From positions 124,001-188,000 of the forward strand of contig NIVC01000831.1 in the NCBI GenBank assembly GCA_002269645.1: a stretch of 64,000 bases of DNA. The letters run 5' to 3'. A program made the position numbers and the translations under genes. Shown here one piece after another: positions 1 through 11,682 of the stretch; position 1 is the first letter of the stretch; each line of letters starts with the position of its first letter. The notes beneath the pieces were generated by a model. That model was not told the DNA's origin, did not search any database, and worked only from the letters and a program-made list of their open reading frames with translations. The DNA is from Macrostomum lignano. Lineage: Eukaryota.

Positions 1-195
1 AGTGCGGCCAAAGGAACCGTAGCGGGATGTCAGTGCGGCCAAAGGAACCGTAGCGGGATGTCAGTGCGGCCAAAGGAACCGTAGCGGGATGTCAGTGCGG
101 CCAAAGGAACCGTAGCGGGATGTCAGTGCGGCCAAAGAAACCGTAGCGGGATGTCAGTGCGGCCAAAGGAACCGTAGCGGGATGTCAGTGCGGGA
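1..195. repeat. 31-bp tandem minisatellite (about 6 copies, cut by window edge) in DEG/ENaC intron 3
   Basis: Unit AGTGCGGCCAAAGGAACCGTAGCGGGATGTC recurs at 1, 32, 63, 94, 125 and 156. Confidence 0.95.
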
Positions 196-238
196 TGTCT
201 GAAATGCGGGAATATTGCAACCGGAAAGCAGCTCTCAC

Positions 239-2260
239 CTCCGACAGGGCCTCGGTCCAGTGGTACTTGTACATCTCTTCGTAAGCATCCGCCGCAGGAC
301 TCTGCAAGCTGATGCGGACTGCTGCCAGCTCTTTGGCCAGTTCGCTGCGAGGAACACAAGACGCTGCAGATTCAACGATTTCTCTTCTATAGTCTTCAAC
401 CGAGCTTAGGTTAGTAACATTAAATTTTCTTAAAACATTGAAATGGCAACCGTCGTACCCACGAGCTAGCAAATACAGCTGAATTTCCTGCCTGGTTTCG
501 GTGCTGTTCCGAAAAATGTGATGCACTTTGCCATCCTCGGGCAGGAACTCGACTCCATGTCTGACTTGCGGCACCATCAGGTTCTCCCAGATCTCTTGAA
601 TGGCGCTGAACCCGGGGGCCACCTGCGGCTCTGCTGCCAAGGCCGTTGCTGGGTGAAGTGGCACCACATCCGGTGCTGGAACTGCTTCGCTAGCTCCTGG
701 CCTCGACTCTGTGCGTGCTGGAACCAGATGTCGTGGCAGCCGATTCTCTTGAGCACAGCATCCGATGGGGTGATCCACTCCTGCGGTGGAGCGAAGTAGC
801 AAAGTTCGCTCGTATTCACCGAGAACGGGAGCAGGTGCGAATAGCAGCCGCAGTTGCTGTGCAGGATGCTCTGCTGTGCCTCGACTACGAAATCGGAGAT
901 GGACTTTGAGTAGGCCTTGGTGACCACGTTCAGCGAGGCGTTGGAGAAGTGCCTGACATAGTTGATGGTTTCGATCGGAGGCTCGGAGCATCTGCGGCTG
1001 GGCTTCGACATGAGTCGGTTGTGGATGGGCCTGAGTTTGATGGAGGTGCTGGTGGCTGAGGCCACATCCACGAACTCGGTCTCTGCGGTTTGACATGGGT
1101 TGAGTATGGGTTGTGAGACTGGTTTGGCATGGGTTGTGAGACTGGTTTGGCATGGGTTGTGAGACTGGTTTGGCATGGGTTGTGAGACTGGTTTGGCATG
1201 GGTTGTGACTGGTTTGGCATGGGCTGTGAGACTTTCGTGGAATGAAGCACTTTCAACCAAAACATAAAAAACTTGTTTAAAGTCTATCTAAATATAAGAA
1301 AAAAGATTACTATATTGACACTAAATTAAGCAACTAATTTATTAAGTTTTGGGCTACTCTTTGCTGCAAAAAAACAAATTCGCGGGTAGCGAAGCAAAAT
1401 TACGCACCGCTCATCGGGAAGCTTTTCTCCTCGTGAATGAAAATGCGCAATCCAGCGGACTGCGGCTCGTTGCTCTGCAGCAGCCGGTTGACGGCTTTGC
1501 TGCGTGAGAACTTGCGAGACATGCAGCCGTCGGGCTGGGTATCATGCCAGTCGGGATACTTCTCGTTGCCATCGGTGAAGAGCACCATGTCCAGCTCGAC
1601 TCCCCTGCCCCCAGGACCGCTGGACGACTGCCGTGGGTCCGGGTGGAACGTGTAGCAGTTCCAGAACCGGCTGGTCTGGACAAGCGAGAAGTTCCTGTGA
1701 CTGCACGGCTCGCTGTTGTAGCGGCAGCTCAGCAGCATGGTCTCGTCGAGCTGGGAGATGTCTCTGGTGTCACCCGACACCCACATCACGTCCAGGACCT
1801 TCTTGCACACCTTCTCAAGTCGGCTATCATAGCTTTCATCCGATTCTTGCGGGCGCCTCTGGGTGTCCTCCTTGAACCAGTTGACGAAGTTGCCCCAGAA
1901 GTTTTCAAAGTATTGCAACACCTTAAACTTGAACTTCTTATGCTTTAAGTGGAATTCAAAGAAATCTCCTAAAGTCAGCAAAGATGCAGAAGCGGGCTTG
2001 AAGTTGCAGATTGTGATGTCGGGAAACTGGGCTCGTTCGCTCCTCAGCTTCAGCTGCGACTCAACGGAGCGCTCGGTGAACTTCTGCACCAACTTGGCCA
2101 GGTGGACGCTGCAGCCGATCAGGGCAGCTACGAACAGAAGCAGCCAGAAGAGACGTCGAGCTGTGCTTCTGGACAGAAAGATGTGCAGCAAGCCGTGGGT
2201 TCTCGTGATGCCAGCCACCTCCTGGGCGGCACCGGTCACCGTGCGGAGTCGAGTTCGCAT
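239..2260 (-). CDS. DEG/ENaC (amiloride-sensitive) sodium channel subunit, 5' three exons; continues past the left edge; one 1-nt frameshift
   Basis: Exons 2260-1408, 1082-459 and 404-239 with GT-AG introns and matching phases. Motifs: pre-TM1 HG (TRTHG), TM1 LFWLLLFVAALIGC, FPDITICN, CRYNSEPC, NCYTF, GLRIFIHE, CGC, WP, and Y..TEALSE ending at a donor just before the expected TM2. Exon 2 is 1 nt short (C5 run at about 614-618). Confidence 0.88.
1095..1232. repeat. 23-bp tandem repeat in DEG/ENaC intron 1
   Basis: Unit CATGGGTTGTGAGACTGGTTTGG, about 6 copies. Confidence 0.9.
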
Positions 2261-2763
2261 TTTCCTCTTCAGCTAATTGTAACTTCAGCTTGTAGATTTC
2301 TCAAAGCAGTTGCTAACGTGTTATTTGCTAGTGCCCAGAGAATATCGAGCGCTCAAGCCGAGAAATCTTTCGCCCGGCAGTCCTGTTGCAACAGTGCGAG
2401 CTGCGTCCGATCGCTGCCCTAGACTAAATCCCTCCCGCGACTTTCGTACTTTGCTACATTGGCAAGCTCAGAACGCAGATCAAACACATTGCAAAAACAG
2501 TGAACATTTTTACAATCTGTGGCTTACACCCACCCAGGGGATACGCAGCTTAAATTGATATACTCGTATACATATTACCATTGGTATAATAATTGAAAAA
2601 ATTGAAATCATATACGAGTATAACCTGTAAACCTGTGACAGTGGTAAGTCTGTTTCGAATTTCATCGTGAAGATAATCCCAGGTAACTCCAAGTTTACTT
2701 GATACACAAGTACATTTGCATGCGTGTACATTTAAAAACGTTTATAAATCACTCGTTGATTAA

Positions 2764-2834
2764 GCATCGGTGGTTCAGTGGTAGAATGCTCGCCTGCCAC
2801 GCGGGCGGCCCGGGTTCGATTCCCGGCCGATGCA
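2764..2834 (+). tRNA. tRNA-Gly (anticodon GCC)
   Basis: GCATCGG/CCGATGC acceptor stem, A box TGGTTCAGTGG, anticodon loop CTGCCAC, B box GGTTCGATTCC; canonical metazoan tRNA-Gly sequence. Confidence 0.97.
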
Positions 2835-2836
2835 AC

Positions 2837-2843
2837 TTTTTTT
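2837..2843 (+). terminator. RNA polymerase III oligo-dT terminator
   Basis: T7 run beginning 3 nt after the tRNA end. Confidence 0.85.
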
Positions 2844-3613
2844 ACTATTTGTCAGTTTAGACTTTAATTGAATTATTAAACGCATTTCGACTAACTTCAG
2901 CCCTAAGAAGCTATAAGACGTTTTTAACTATTAAACTACTGTTGAAGATGTAGAAGCCTTTCTCAGAAAACTACAAAAATTTTTACCGATATGTATCGAA
3001 AAAACTAAAAGCAGGCGGTAATTGGTTGTTCTCACGCGGAGTGAGTGCGCTGAAAGCAAAATAGAATATTTGGTGGTTAATTGTCCTCGTCACTTGGACA
3101 GGCTCGAGTTTTTAGGGTATTGTTTATTTCGATAACAAATAAAGAAGACACAGCAAAGATTTTTTTGCTTGAGGAATCGAAATAAAATTGGAACTGAAAT
3201 TGAAATTGACATTAGAAAGTGAAGTGGAGCCTGTGATTGCATCTGAGGTTTATTCAAATTAATTATTTGCGCATCTTAAAAATTAATATACAACGGAATT
3301 ATCAAATTTGATAAATTAGTGAAGCAAGCGAAAAGCCAACAAGACGAGCGGGATAAAAACAGGCTGTAAAGCGGTGAGAGAGTAAAATTATCTGAATAAT
3401 CGATCAAACTACTAACAGTAGTTAAAAACAAAATCGTATAACAGAAATGAAAATTTTTAGAACACTGGTATCCTTCCAGTGTGCTGTTCTGGTGGAAATA
3501 AAAATCTTCTATTAACAGAATGAAACACAAACGAACTTATCAATAACAAACAAGAAAGCGCAATGGTTCACTAGAGTGCGATATAATCACGTGTTGGTTA
3601 GCTAATGCTAAAT

Positions 3614-4671
3614 CAGGGGTAGGCAAACTCAGGCCCGCAAAGCCTCTCTATCCGGTCCTCGGATCCTTTGAAACTTCACAATAGCAATCTGGCCGGCTCA
3701 ATGTTTATCTCTTCTCAGCTCCCTTCACACGTCTCTCTTCTCTCCTCTCTTATCTTCTCTCCTCATCTCCTCTCTTATCTTCTCTCCTTATCTCCTCTCT
3801 TATCTTCTCTCCTCATCTCCTCTCTTATCTTCTCTCCTCATCTCCTCTCTTATCTTCTCTCCTCATCTCCTCTCTTATTTTCTCTCCTCATCTCCTCTTA
3901 TCTTCTCTCCTTATCTCCTCTCTTATCTTCTCTCCTTCTCTCCTCTCTTATCTTCTCTCCTTATCTCCTCTCTTATCTTCTCTCCTCATCTCCTCTCTTA
4001 TCTTCTCTCCTCATCTCCTCTCTTATCTTCTCTCCTCATCTCCTCTCTTATCTTCTCTCCTCATCTCCTCTCTTATCTTCTCTCCTCATCTCCTCTCTTA
4101 TCTTCTCTCCTCATCTCCTCTCTTATCTTCTCTCCTCATCTCCTCTCTTATCTTCTCTCCTTATCTCCTCTCTTATCTTCTCTCCTTATCTCCTCTCTTA
4201 TCTTCTCTCCTCATCTCCTCTCTTATCTTCTCTCCTTATCTCCTCTCTTATCTTCTCTCCTCATCTCCTCTCTTATCTTCTCTCCTCATCTCCTCTCTTA
4301 TCTTCTCTCCTTCTCTCCTCTCTTATCTTCTCTCTTTATCTCCTCTCTTATCTTCTCTCCTCATCTCCTCTCTTATCTTCTCTCCTCCTCTCCTCTCTTA
4401 TCTTCTCTCCTTATCTCCTCTCTTATCTTCTCTCTTATCTTCTCTCTTTATCTCCTCTCTTCTCTCCTCTCCTCTTCTCTTCTCTCTCCTCTTCTCATCT
4501 CTCTTCTCTCCTCTTCTCTCCTCTCCTGTCTCCTCTCCTCTATTTTCCTTTATTCCCTCGCCTCTCCTTTCTCCTATCTTTCTTCTCAATTCTCTCTTCT
4601 TTCTCCCAGCTCTTCAGTCAGCTTTAGGTTCTCTATTTGGCCCTTGAGGTAAAAATGTTTGCCAACCCTTG
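3614..4671. mobile_element. Non-autonomous hAT-like DNA transposon (CAGGGGT family) filled with a ~25-bp CT-rich tandem array
   Basis: Termini CAGGGGTAGGCAAAC ... GTTTGCCAACCCTTG (imperfect TIR). Flanks TGCTAAAT/TGCACATT match only 5 of 8. Related copies at 19540 and 60097. Confidence 0.7.
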
Positions 4672-5074
4672 TGCACATTTTAGTTGACTTCCAAAAAGTG
4701 GTCAGGCCTATATAAAATTAATGTTTCTAGATTTGCGGAGGGAGAATAACGCGAAATTAAATAACCAATTATTGAACTAATCTAACAAATATTTGATAAC
4801 ATAAAACCCAAGGACGATCTAAGGTAAAAGGACGGGAAAACCTTGTTTCTTAGAAAGAAAAGAGCATTTTTGAAGGCCGATTTCGCGCTCCAACAATTAA
4901 ACAACGAAACCATTAGCAATTTCAATCTCTTTAAAATATTTTTTTCTGAAACGAGGCTTTCCATCCTTAAACGGTTCATAGTTAGTTATTTTGTCCAACG
5001 TAAAAGACATAATATCCGCAATACGCTACTGACACTTCCAGTCAGAAGTAGAAAGTTACACATTTTTTTGTTAA

Positions 5075-8000
5075 TTATTTCTTATTCTCAACCGCGGCCT
5101 GCTGCTTGTGATGCGACCACAGCGGATCTAGCGAGCTAAACGGATCGTTTGGCACCTGCTCCGGTTTCAAGCGGCTCTCCCGACTAGCTGAGCTGTTGAA
5201 ATCTTCGCGTCGGATACGCCGCTTATCCTCGGGCACGGGCTCGATGCGGATGTGCTTGGCATCTAAAGATTGCAGAAAGTCCTTGGCTGGCGAACCGTTG
5301 GCTGATGCAGCCGGCGCTGCCGATTCGGATTTGGTAGGCGGCTCTGATGCTGGTTAAATTTGGTAAAACCAACTGAGTTAGACTACTTATCAGTAGGCGA
5401 GCATTGAAAAATACTGTCTATTTTGTTTAGGAATAATATATTCGGTTTAGACTACTAATCAGTAGGCGAGCATTGAAAAATACTGTCTATTTTGTTCAGG
5501 AGTAATATATTCGGTTTAGACTACTAATCAGTAGGCGAGCATTGAAAAATACTGTCTATTTTGCTTCAGAATACGAAATTCGGTTTGGAGTATAATTTTT
5601 ATTGACCATTAAAAACAAATAAATAAGCTCACTTGTGCTATGAGCTGGTGAAGATTTCTCGCTGGCCACTCGGGCAGCCGCCGCCTGAGCAGTGGCCGCC
5701 GCAGAAGTCGACGACTGACGAACTAGGACGCCTTTCTTTCTCAGTAGTATCTGACAGATCTCGTGAAAGTTTGAATACAATTGCTGCAATTGCTGAGGGT
5801 CGGCCAGAACGCAAGGCCGCTGGTTGGCCAGTGAGGCGGCAATCTCAGCTAGCGGCGGCATCTTGCCATCGAGTTTGAGCTGGTGCCGGGCGGCCAGTAA
5901 GGCGCCAAAAAGGCCGCACTTGGCAGAGCCATCCGGACAGACCAGGCAGACTGGGCGAAGCGGCGAGCGCTGATCGCTGAGCACCTGGCAGGCTCGCTCG
6001 ATTGCCGACGGGTAGTCCGAGTGGACCTTTAAAGTAGTGTAATCAGCGTTTCTACTGATTTTTTGGCTGATTGTGGAATAGAGCTAATTAGCACTTGAAG
6101 CTATAATAGATTATTTATACTGACTTAGGGTAAGACTAATGGGGCAATTCTGTGTCGATTATTGGGGGAATTATGGATGATTCTTGGGAGAATTATGGAT
6201 GATTCTTGGGGGAATTATGGATGATTCTTGAGGGAATTATGGATGATTCTTGGGGGAATTATGGATGATTCGTAGGGGAATTATGGATGATTCTTGGGGG
6301 AATTATGGATGATTCTTGGCGAAATTATGGATGATTCTTGGCGAAATTATGGATGATTCTTGGGGGAATTATGGATGATTCTTGGGGGAAGTATGGATGA
6401 TTCTTGGGGGAATTATGGATGATTCTTGGGGAAATTATGGATGATTCTTGGGGGAATTATGGATGATTCTTGGGGGAAGTATGGATGATTCTTGGGGAAA
6501 TTATGGATGATTCTTGGGGCAATGATGGATGATTCTTGGGGCAATGATGGATGATTCTTGGGGGAATTATGGATGATTCTTGGGGGAATGATGGATGATT
6601 CTTGGGGGAAGTATGGATGATTCTTGGGGGAATTATGGATGATTCTTGGGGGAATTATGGATGATTCTTGGCGAAATTATGGATGATTCTTGGGGAAATT
6701 ATGGATGATTCTTGGGGAAATTATAGATGATTCTTGGGGGAATTATGGATGATTCTTGGGGGAATGATGGATGATTCTTGAGGGAATTATGGATGATTCT
6801 TGGGGGAATTATGGATGATTCTTGGGGGAATTATGGATGATTCTTGGGGGAATGATGGATGATTCTTGAGGGAATTATGGATGATTCTTGGGGGAATTAT
6901 GGATGATTCTTGGGGGAATTATGGATGATTCTTGGGGGAATGATGGATGATTCTTGGGGGAATTATGGATGATTCTTGGGGAAATTATGGATGATTCTTG
7001 GGGAAATTATGGATGATTCTTGGGGAAATTATGGATGATTCTTGGGGGAATGATGGATGATTCTTGGGGAAATTATGGATGATTCTTGGGGGAATTATGG
7101 ATGATTCTTGGGGGAATTATGGATGATTCTTGGGGGAATTATGGATGATTCTTGGGGGAATGATGGATGATTCTTAGGGGAATGATGGATGATTCTTGAA
7201 GGAAGTATGGATGATTCTTGGGGGAATTATGGATGATTCTTGGGGGAATGATGGATGATTCTTGGGGGAAGTATGGATGATTCTTGGGGGAATTATGGAT
7301 GATTCTTGGGGGAATTATGGATGATTCTTGGCGAAATTATGGATGATTCTTGGGGAAATTATGGATGATTCTTGGGGAAATTATAGATGATTCTTGGGGG
7401 AATTATGGATGATTCTTGGGGGAATGATGGATGATTCTTGAGGGAATTATGGATGATTCTTGGGGGAATTATGGATGATTCTTGGGGGAATTATGGATGA
7501 TTCTTGGGGGAATGATGGATGATTCTTGAGGGAATTATGGATGATTCTTGGGGGAATTATGGATGATTCTTGGGGGAATTATGGATGATTATTGATGAAA
7601 ATACGAATGATTCTTCGAAGAATTTATGGGTGGTTGCACGGGGACTTCATATGTGATTCTAAAAGGAATTCAGTAGTAAGTTTTGGGGGGAGTTACAGGG
7701 GTATCAAGGGTGATTCGTAGGAGAATTTAGAATGATTAGAGTATTTTAGAGGAAATTTGGTGTCACCTGCAGCATCACCAGAGTGCGCGAAGCTTCTCCA
7801 ACACGAACTGCGATGACCCTTTCAGTACAGCCGACATCCCCGGGGTGCACAGCCCGGACTGACACCTCAACGGAGCCGCTGTAAACAGCTGATTCACCTT
7901 TGGCATCGGGCCAATACGGAGGTAAACCGCTAACAGACGGGCCCAGCTGACACAACAGCTCGCAGCCGTACTGAAGCAGCATCTTGTAGAATGTTGACAA

Positions 8001-11000
8001 CTGAGACTTATTGGGCTGCTGAGCGAATATCAGCCTGGTGCTCTGCCAGTGCAGCAGGCTGGCATTCAGATAGCTGGCATCGTCGCCAACGGTCACTCTG
8101 TTAGCATCGTAGGGCACGCATTGCGGCGCCCTGTTCTGCATTGGGTGGCACATGGCAACTGTTGTAGTCTTCTTTGTCTGCTGTACACCGCCAGCCGCTG
8201 TCAGCCCTTTCAACGCGGCCTGATGCTGTTGCCAAGCATCTGACACTGGCAGCCTCCGCCCCAGCCGCTCCGTGTCGGCAATCAGCTGATTAAACAATAA
8301 ATTATCAGACAGCTTGTCAACTCCGCTCTGCTTTCTCAGGGCAGCTTCGGCCACTTGCAGTTCTCGTTCGGCGCTGGTCAGCACCGAGGGTGTCAACACG
8401 GCGGCAGCGGCAGCCGCGGTGTCCTCGGCTGCGGAGTCTAGCAGACTGCGACAGCTGTTGTTGTTGCTGCCCTTGGCAAGCCCTCCGCCAGCACCGTCTG
8501 GTGGCAGGTGCTGCGGAGTTGACGCGCCAGATGACGCTCGGTCAGTGGCAGAGGGTTCGGCCGCGACAGGCTTCTGCTGAGCTGGAAAAACGGTGGGTCT
8601 GACTGGTCCGCTGTCAGGCTTTGGTTGCTGGGCTGCCGATGATGATGATGGAGGCAGCTGGGAGGGGAACTGGCTCACTGAAGTGCCGCCTGACTGAGGG
8701 AACCCGCCTGTTGCAGATGCCGGTTGCTGAGAAAAGTTGCCGGTAGCAGATCCCGGTTGCTGAGAAAAGTTTCCGGTTGCAGATGCCGGTTGCTGAGAAA
8801 AGTTGCCGGTAGCAGATGCCGGTTGCTGAGAAAAGTTGCCGGTAGCAGATCCCGGTTGCTGAGAAAAGTTTCCGGTTGCAGATGCCGGTTGCTGAGAAAA
8901 GTTGCCGGTTGCAGATCCCGGTTGCTGAGAAAAGTTTCCGGTTGCAGATGCCGGTTGCTGAGAAAAGTTGCCGGTAGCAGATCCTGGTTGCTGAGAGTAG
9001 CCACCGGTTGCAGATACTGGTTGCTGAGAGTAGCCACCGGTTGCAGATCCCGGTTGCTGAGAAAAGTTGCCGGTAGCAGATCCTGGTTGCTGAGAAAAGC
9101 CGCTGGTTACAGATCCTGGTTGCTGAGAAAAGCCGCTGGTTACAGATCCTGGTTGCTGAGAGTAGCCACCGGTTGCAGATCCCGGTTGCTGAGAGTGGCC
9201 ACCGGTTGCAGATCCTGGTTGCTGAGAGTAACCACCGGTTGCAGATCCTGGTTGCCGAGAGTGGCCACCGGTTGCAGATCCTGGTTGCTGAGAGTAGCCA
9301 CCGGTTGCAGATACTGGTTGCTGAGAGTAGCCACCGGTTGCAGATCCCGGTTGCTGAGAAAAGTTGCCGGTAGCAGATCCCGGTTGCTGAGAAAAGCCGC
9401 TGGTTGCAGATCCCGGTTGCTGAAAAAAGCCGCTGGTTGCAGATCCCGGTTGCTGAGAAAAGTTTCCGGTCGAAGATCCCGGTTGCTGAGAGTAGCCACC
9501 GGTTGCAGATCCCGGTTGCTGAGAGTAGCCACCGGTTGCAGATCCTGGTTGCTGAGAGTGGCCACCGGTTGCAGATCCCGGTTGCTGAGAGTAGCCACCG
9601 GTTGCAGATCCCGGTTGCTGAGAAAAGTTGCCGGTAGCAGATCCTGGTTGCTGAGAAAAGTTGCCGGTAGCAGATCCTGGTTGCTGAGAAAAGCCGCTGG
9701 TTGCAGATCCCGGTTGCTGAGAAAAGCCGCTGGTTGCAGATCCCGGTTGCTGAGAAAAGTTTCCGGTCGAAGATCCCGGTTGCTGAGAGTAGCCACCGGT
9801 TGCAGATACTGGTTGCTGAGAGTAGCCACCGGTTGCAGATCCCGGTTGCTGAGAGTAACCACCGATTGCAGATCCCGGTTGCTGAGAGTAGCCACCGGTT
9901 GCAGATACTGGTTGCTGAGAGTAGCCACCGGTTGCAAATCCCGGTTGCTGAGAGTAACCACCAGTTGCAGATCCCGGTTGCTGAGAGTAGCCACCGGTTG
10001 CTGATCCCAATCGCTGAGAGTAACCACCGGTTGCAGATCCCGGTTGCTGAGAGTAACCACCGGTTGCAGATCCCGGTTGCTGAGCAAAACCACCGGTAAC
10101 GGAATATCCTGGTTGCAGGGGCACTGCGCCAGCTTTGGACCCTTGCTGCTGACTGAATCCCGGTTGCTGTGGAAATCCTGGTTGCTGCTGTGGGAATCGA
10201 ACCGAGGACGTTCCTGCCTGCTGCGGCCCAGCCAAAGATCCCGGTTGCTGGGGAAATCCACTGGTTGCTGAAGACACCGGTTGCTGAGGAAATCTCACAG
10301 CTGACACGCTGGGGAGCTGGGGATGCGTGCCGCCTAGCGATCCAGATGGTTGGTAATTGACACTCGAGGTGCCCGGCTGCTGAGGGAATCTCTGTTGCTG
10401 GGGAAACCCACCGCCAGATGCTCCAGCCGGCTGTTGCGGCAATCGAACTTGCGAAGTTCCCGGTTGTTGCTGGGAATTCCCGAATAGCTGGTCGGTTGTT
10501 GAGGAAAGCGAATTTGAGATGTTCCAGGTTGCTGGGGGAATCTCCCTGATGAAGCGGCCGGTTGCTGGGGGAATCCCCCTGACGAAGCGGCAGGTTGCTG
10601 GGGGAATCCCCCTGACGAAGCGGCAGGTTGCTGGGGGAATCCCCCGGACGAAGACCCCGGTTGTTGTGGAAACCGGATCTGAGAAGTACCTGGTTGTTGC
10701 GAGTAAGATCCCAAAGTTGCCGCATTGGTGGTGGGGAATTGCTGTGGCCGAGCACTCGTTGAAGCAAACTGAGCAGTTGATGTCGGAGGCTGGGATCCGA
10801 ACTGGCCAGTTGATGTTGGAGGCTGAGATCCGAACTGGCCAGTTGATGACTGAGGAGGCTGGGATCCGAACTGGTTAGCTGATGTCGGAGGCTGGGATCC
10901 GAACTGGTTAGCTGATGTCGGAGGCTGGGATCCGAACTGGCCAGTTGATGACGGAGGAGGCTGGGATCCGAACTGGTTAGCAGGAAAGCGAGTGGGATAC

Positions 11001-11552
11001 TGATGCAGCTGCTGAGGATCAAAGCTGCCAGAACCCGGAGCTGGCTGCTGATAGCCGGTTGTCGCGCTAGACGGCAAAGGCGAATGCCGACCATACTGTT
11101 GCGGCAGCTGCTGATTAGGCTGCGGCGCTGGCGGTTGAACAGGTTCAGCAGATGCTCGGTGAGGACTGGCGGGCAGGGAGCTGCGCTGGCTACCGTAGGT
11201 GCCCGGCTTCAGATAGGGCAGGAAGTCCTTCAGTCTGGGCGGGTTGGAGCCGCCGCCGCTGCCGCCCGACCCGGACAGGCTGGCTAAAAGGGCTGCCGGC
11301 GGCAAGGTCGCGGGTTCGTTTTCAGACCTTTTTTGCTGACCTTCGGTTGGATTAAGCGACTGGAATTGGCCAGATGAGCGGCTGTATTGATGAAGCTGGG
11401 GCGGCGGCGGCTGCTGAGGCTGCGGTTGCTGCTGCTGTGGCGGTGGCTGCGGAGGCTTTGGCGGCGTTAGGAGAGGTTTTAGGCGCGCCTCGATTACCTG
11501 CCGATTGGGAATAATGGACAAGGGGTGGGACAGGTAAACGTTAGGGCAGGTG

Positions 11553-11590
<38 letters not shown>

Positions 11591-11631
11591 AAGACACACA
11601 GACAGACAGACAGACAGAAAGACACACAGAC

Positions 11632-11682
<51 letters not shown>

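Noticed and set aside
3668-4627. Long Leu/Ser ORF, and similar ORFs at 22159-24385, 53783-54832, 55567-56322, 11334-12007 and 20718-21176
   Set aside because: All are translations of non-coding tandem arrays with no domain content.
10465-10480. Programmed -1 ribosomal frameshifting at the PTPN23 and ENaC shifts
   Set aside because: Neither site has a canonical X XXY YYZ (Y = A/U) heptamer. Both are 1-nt deficits in C runs, typical of sequencing error.
8614-11094. Alternative-frame and antisense ORFs (826 aa, 426 aa, 373 aa) over the PTPN23 repeat
   Set aside because: They are open only because the 33-bp unit lacks stops. The Gln-rich frame is the one continuous with the PTP domain.
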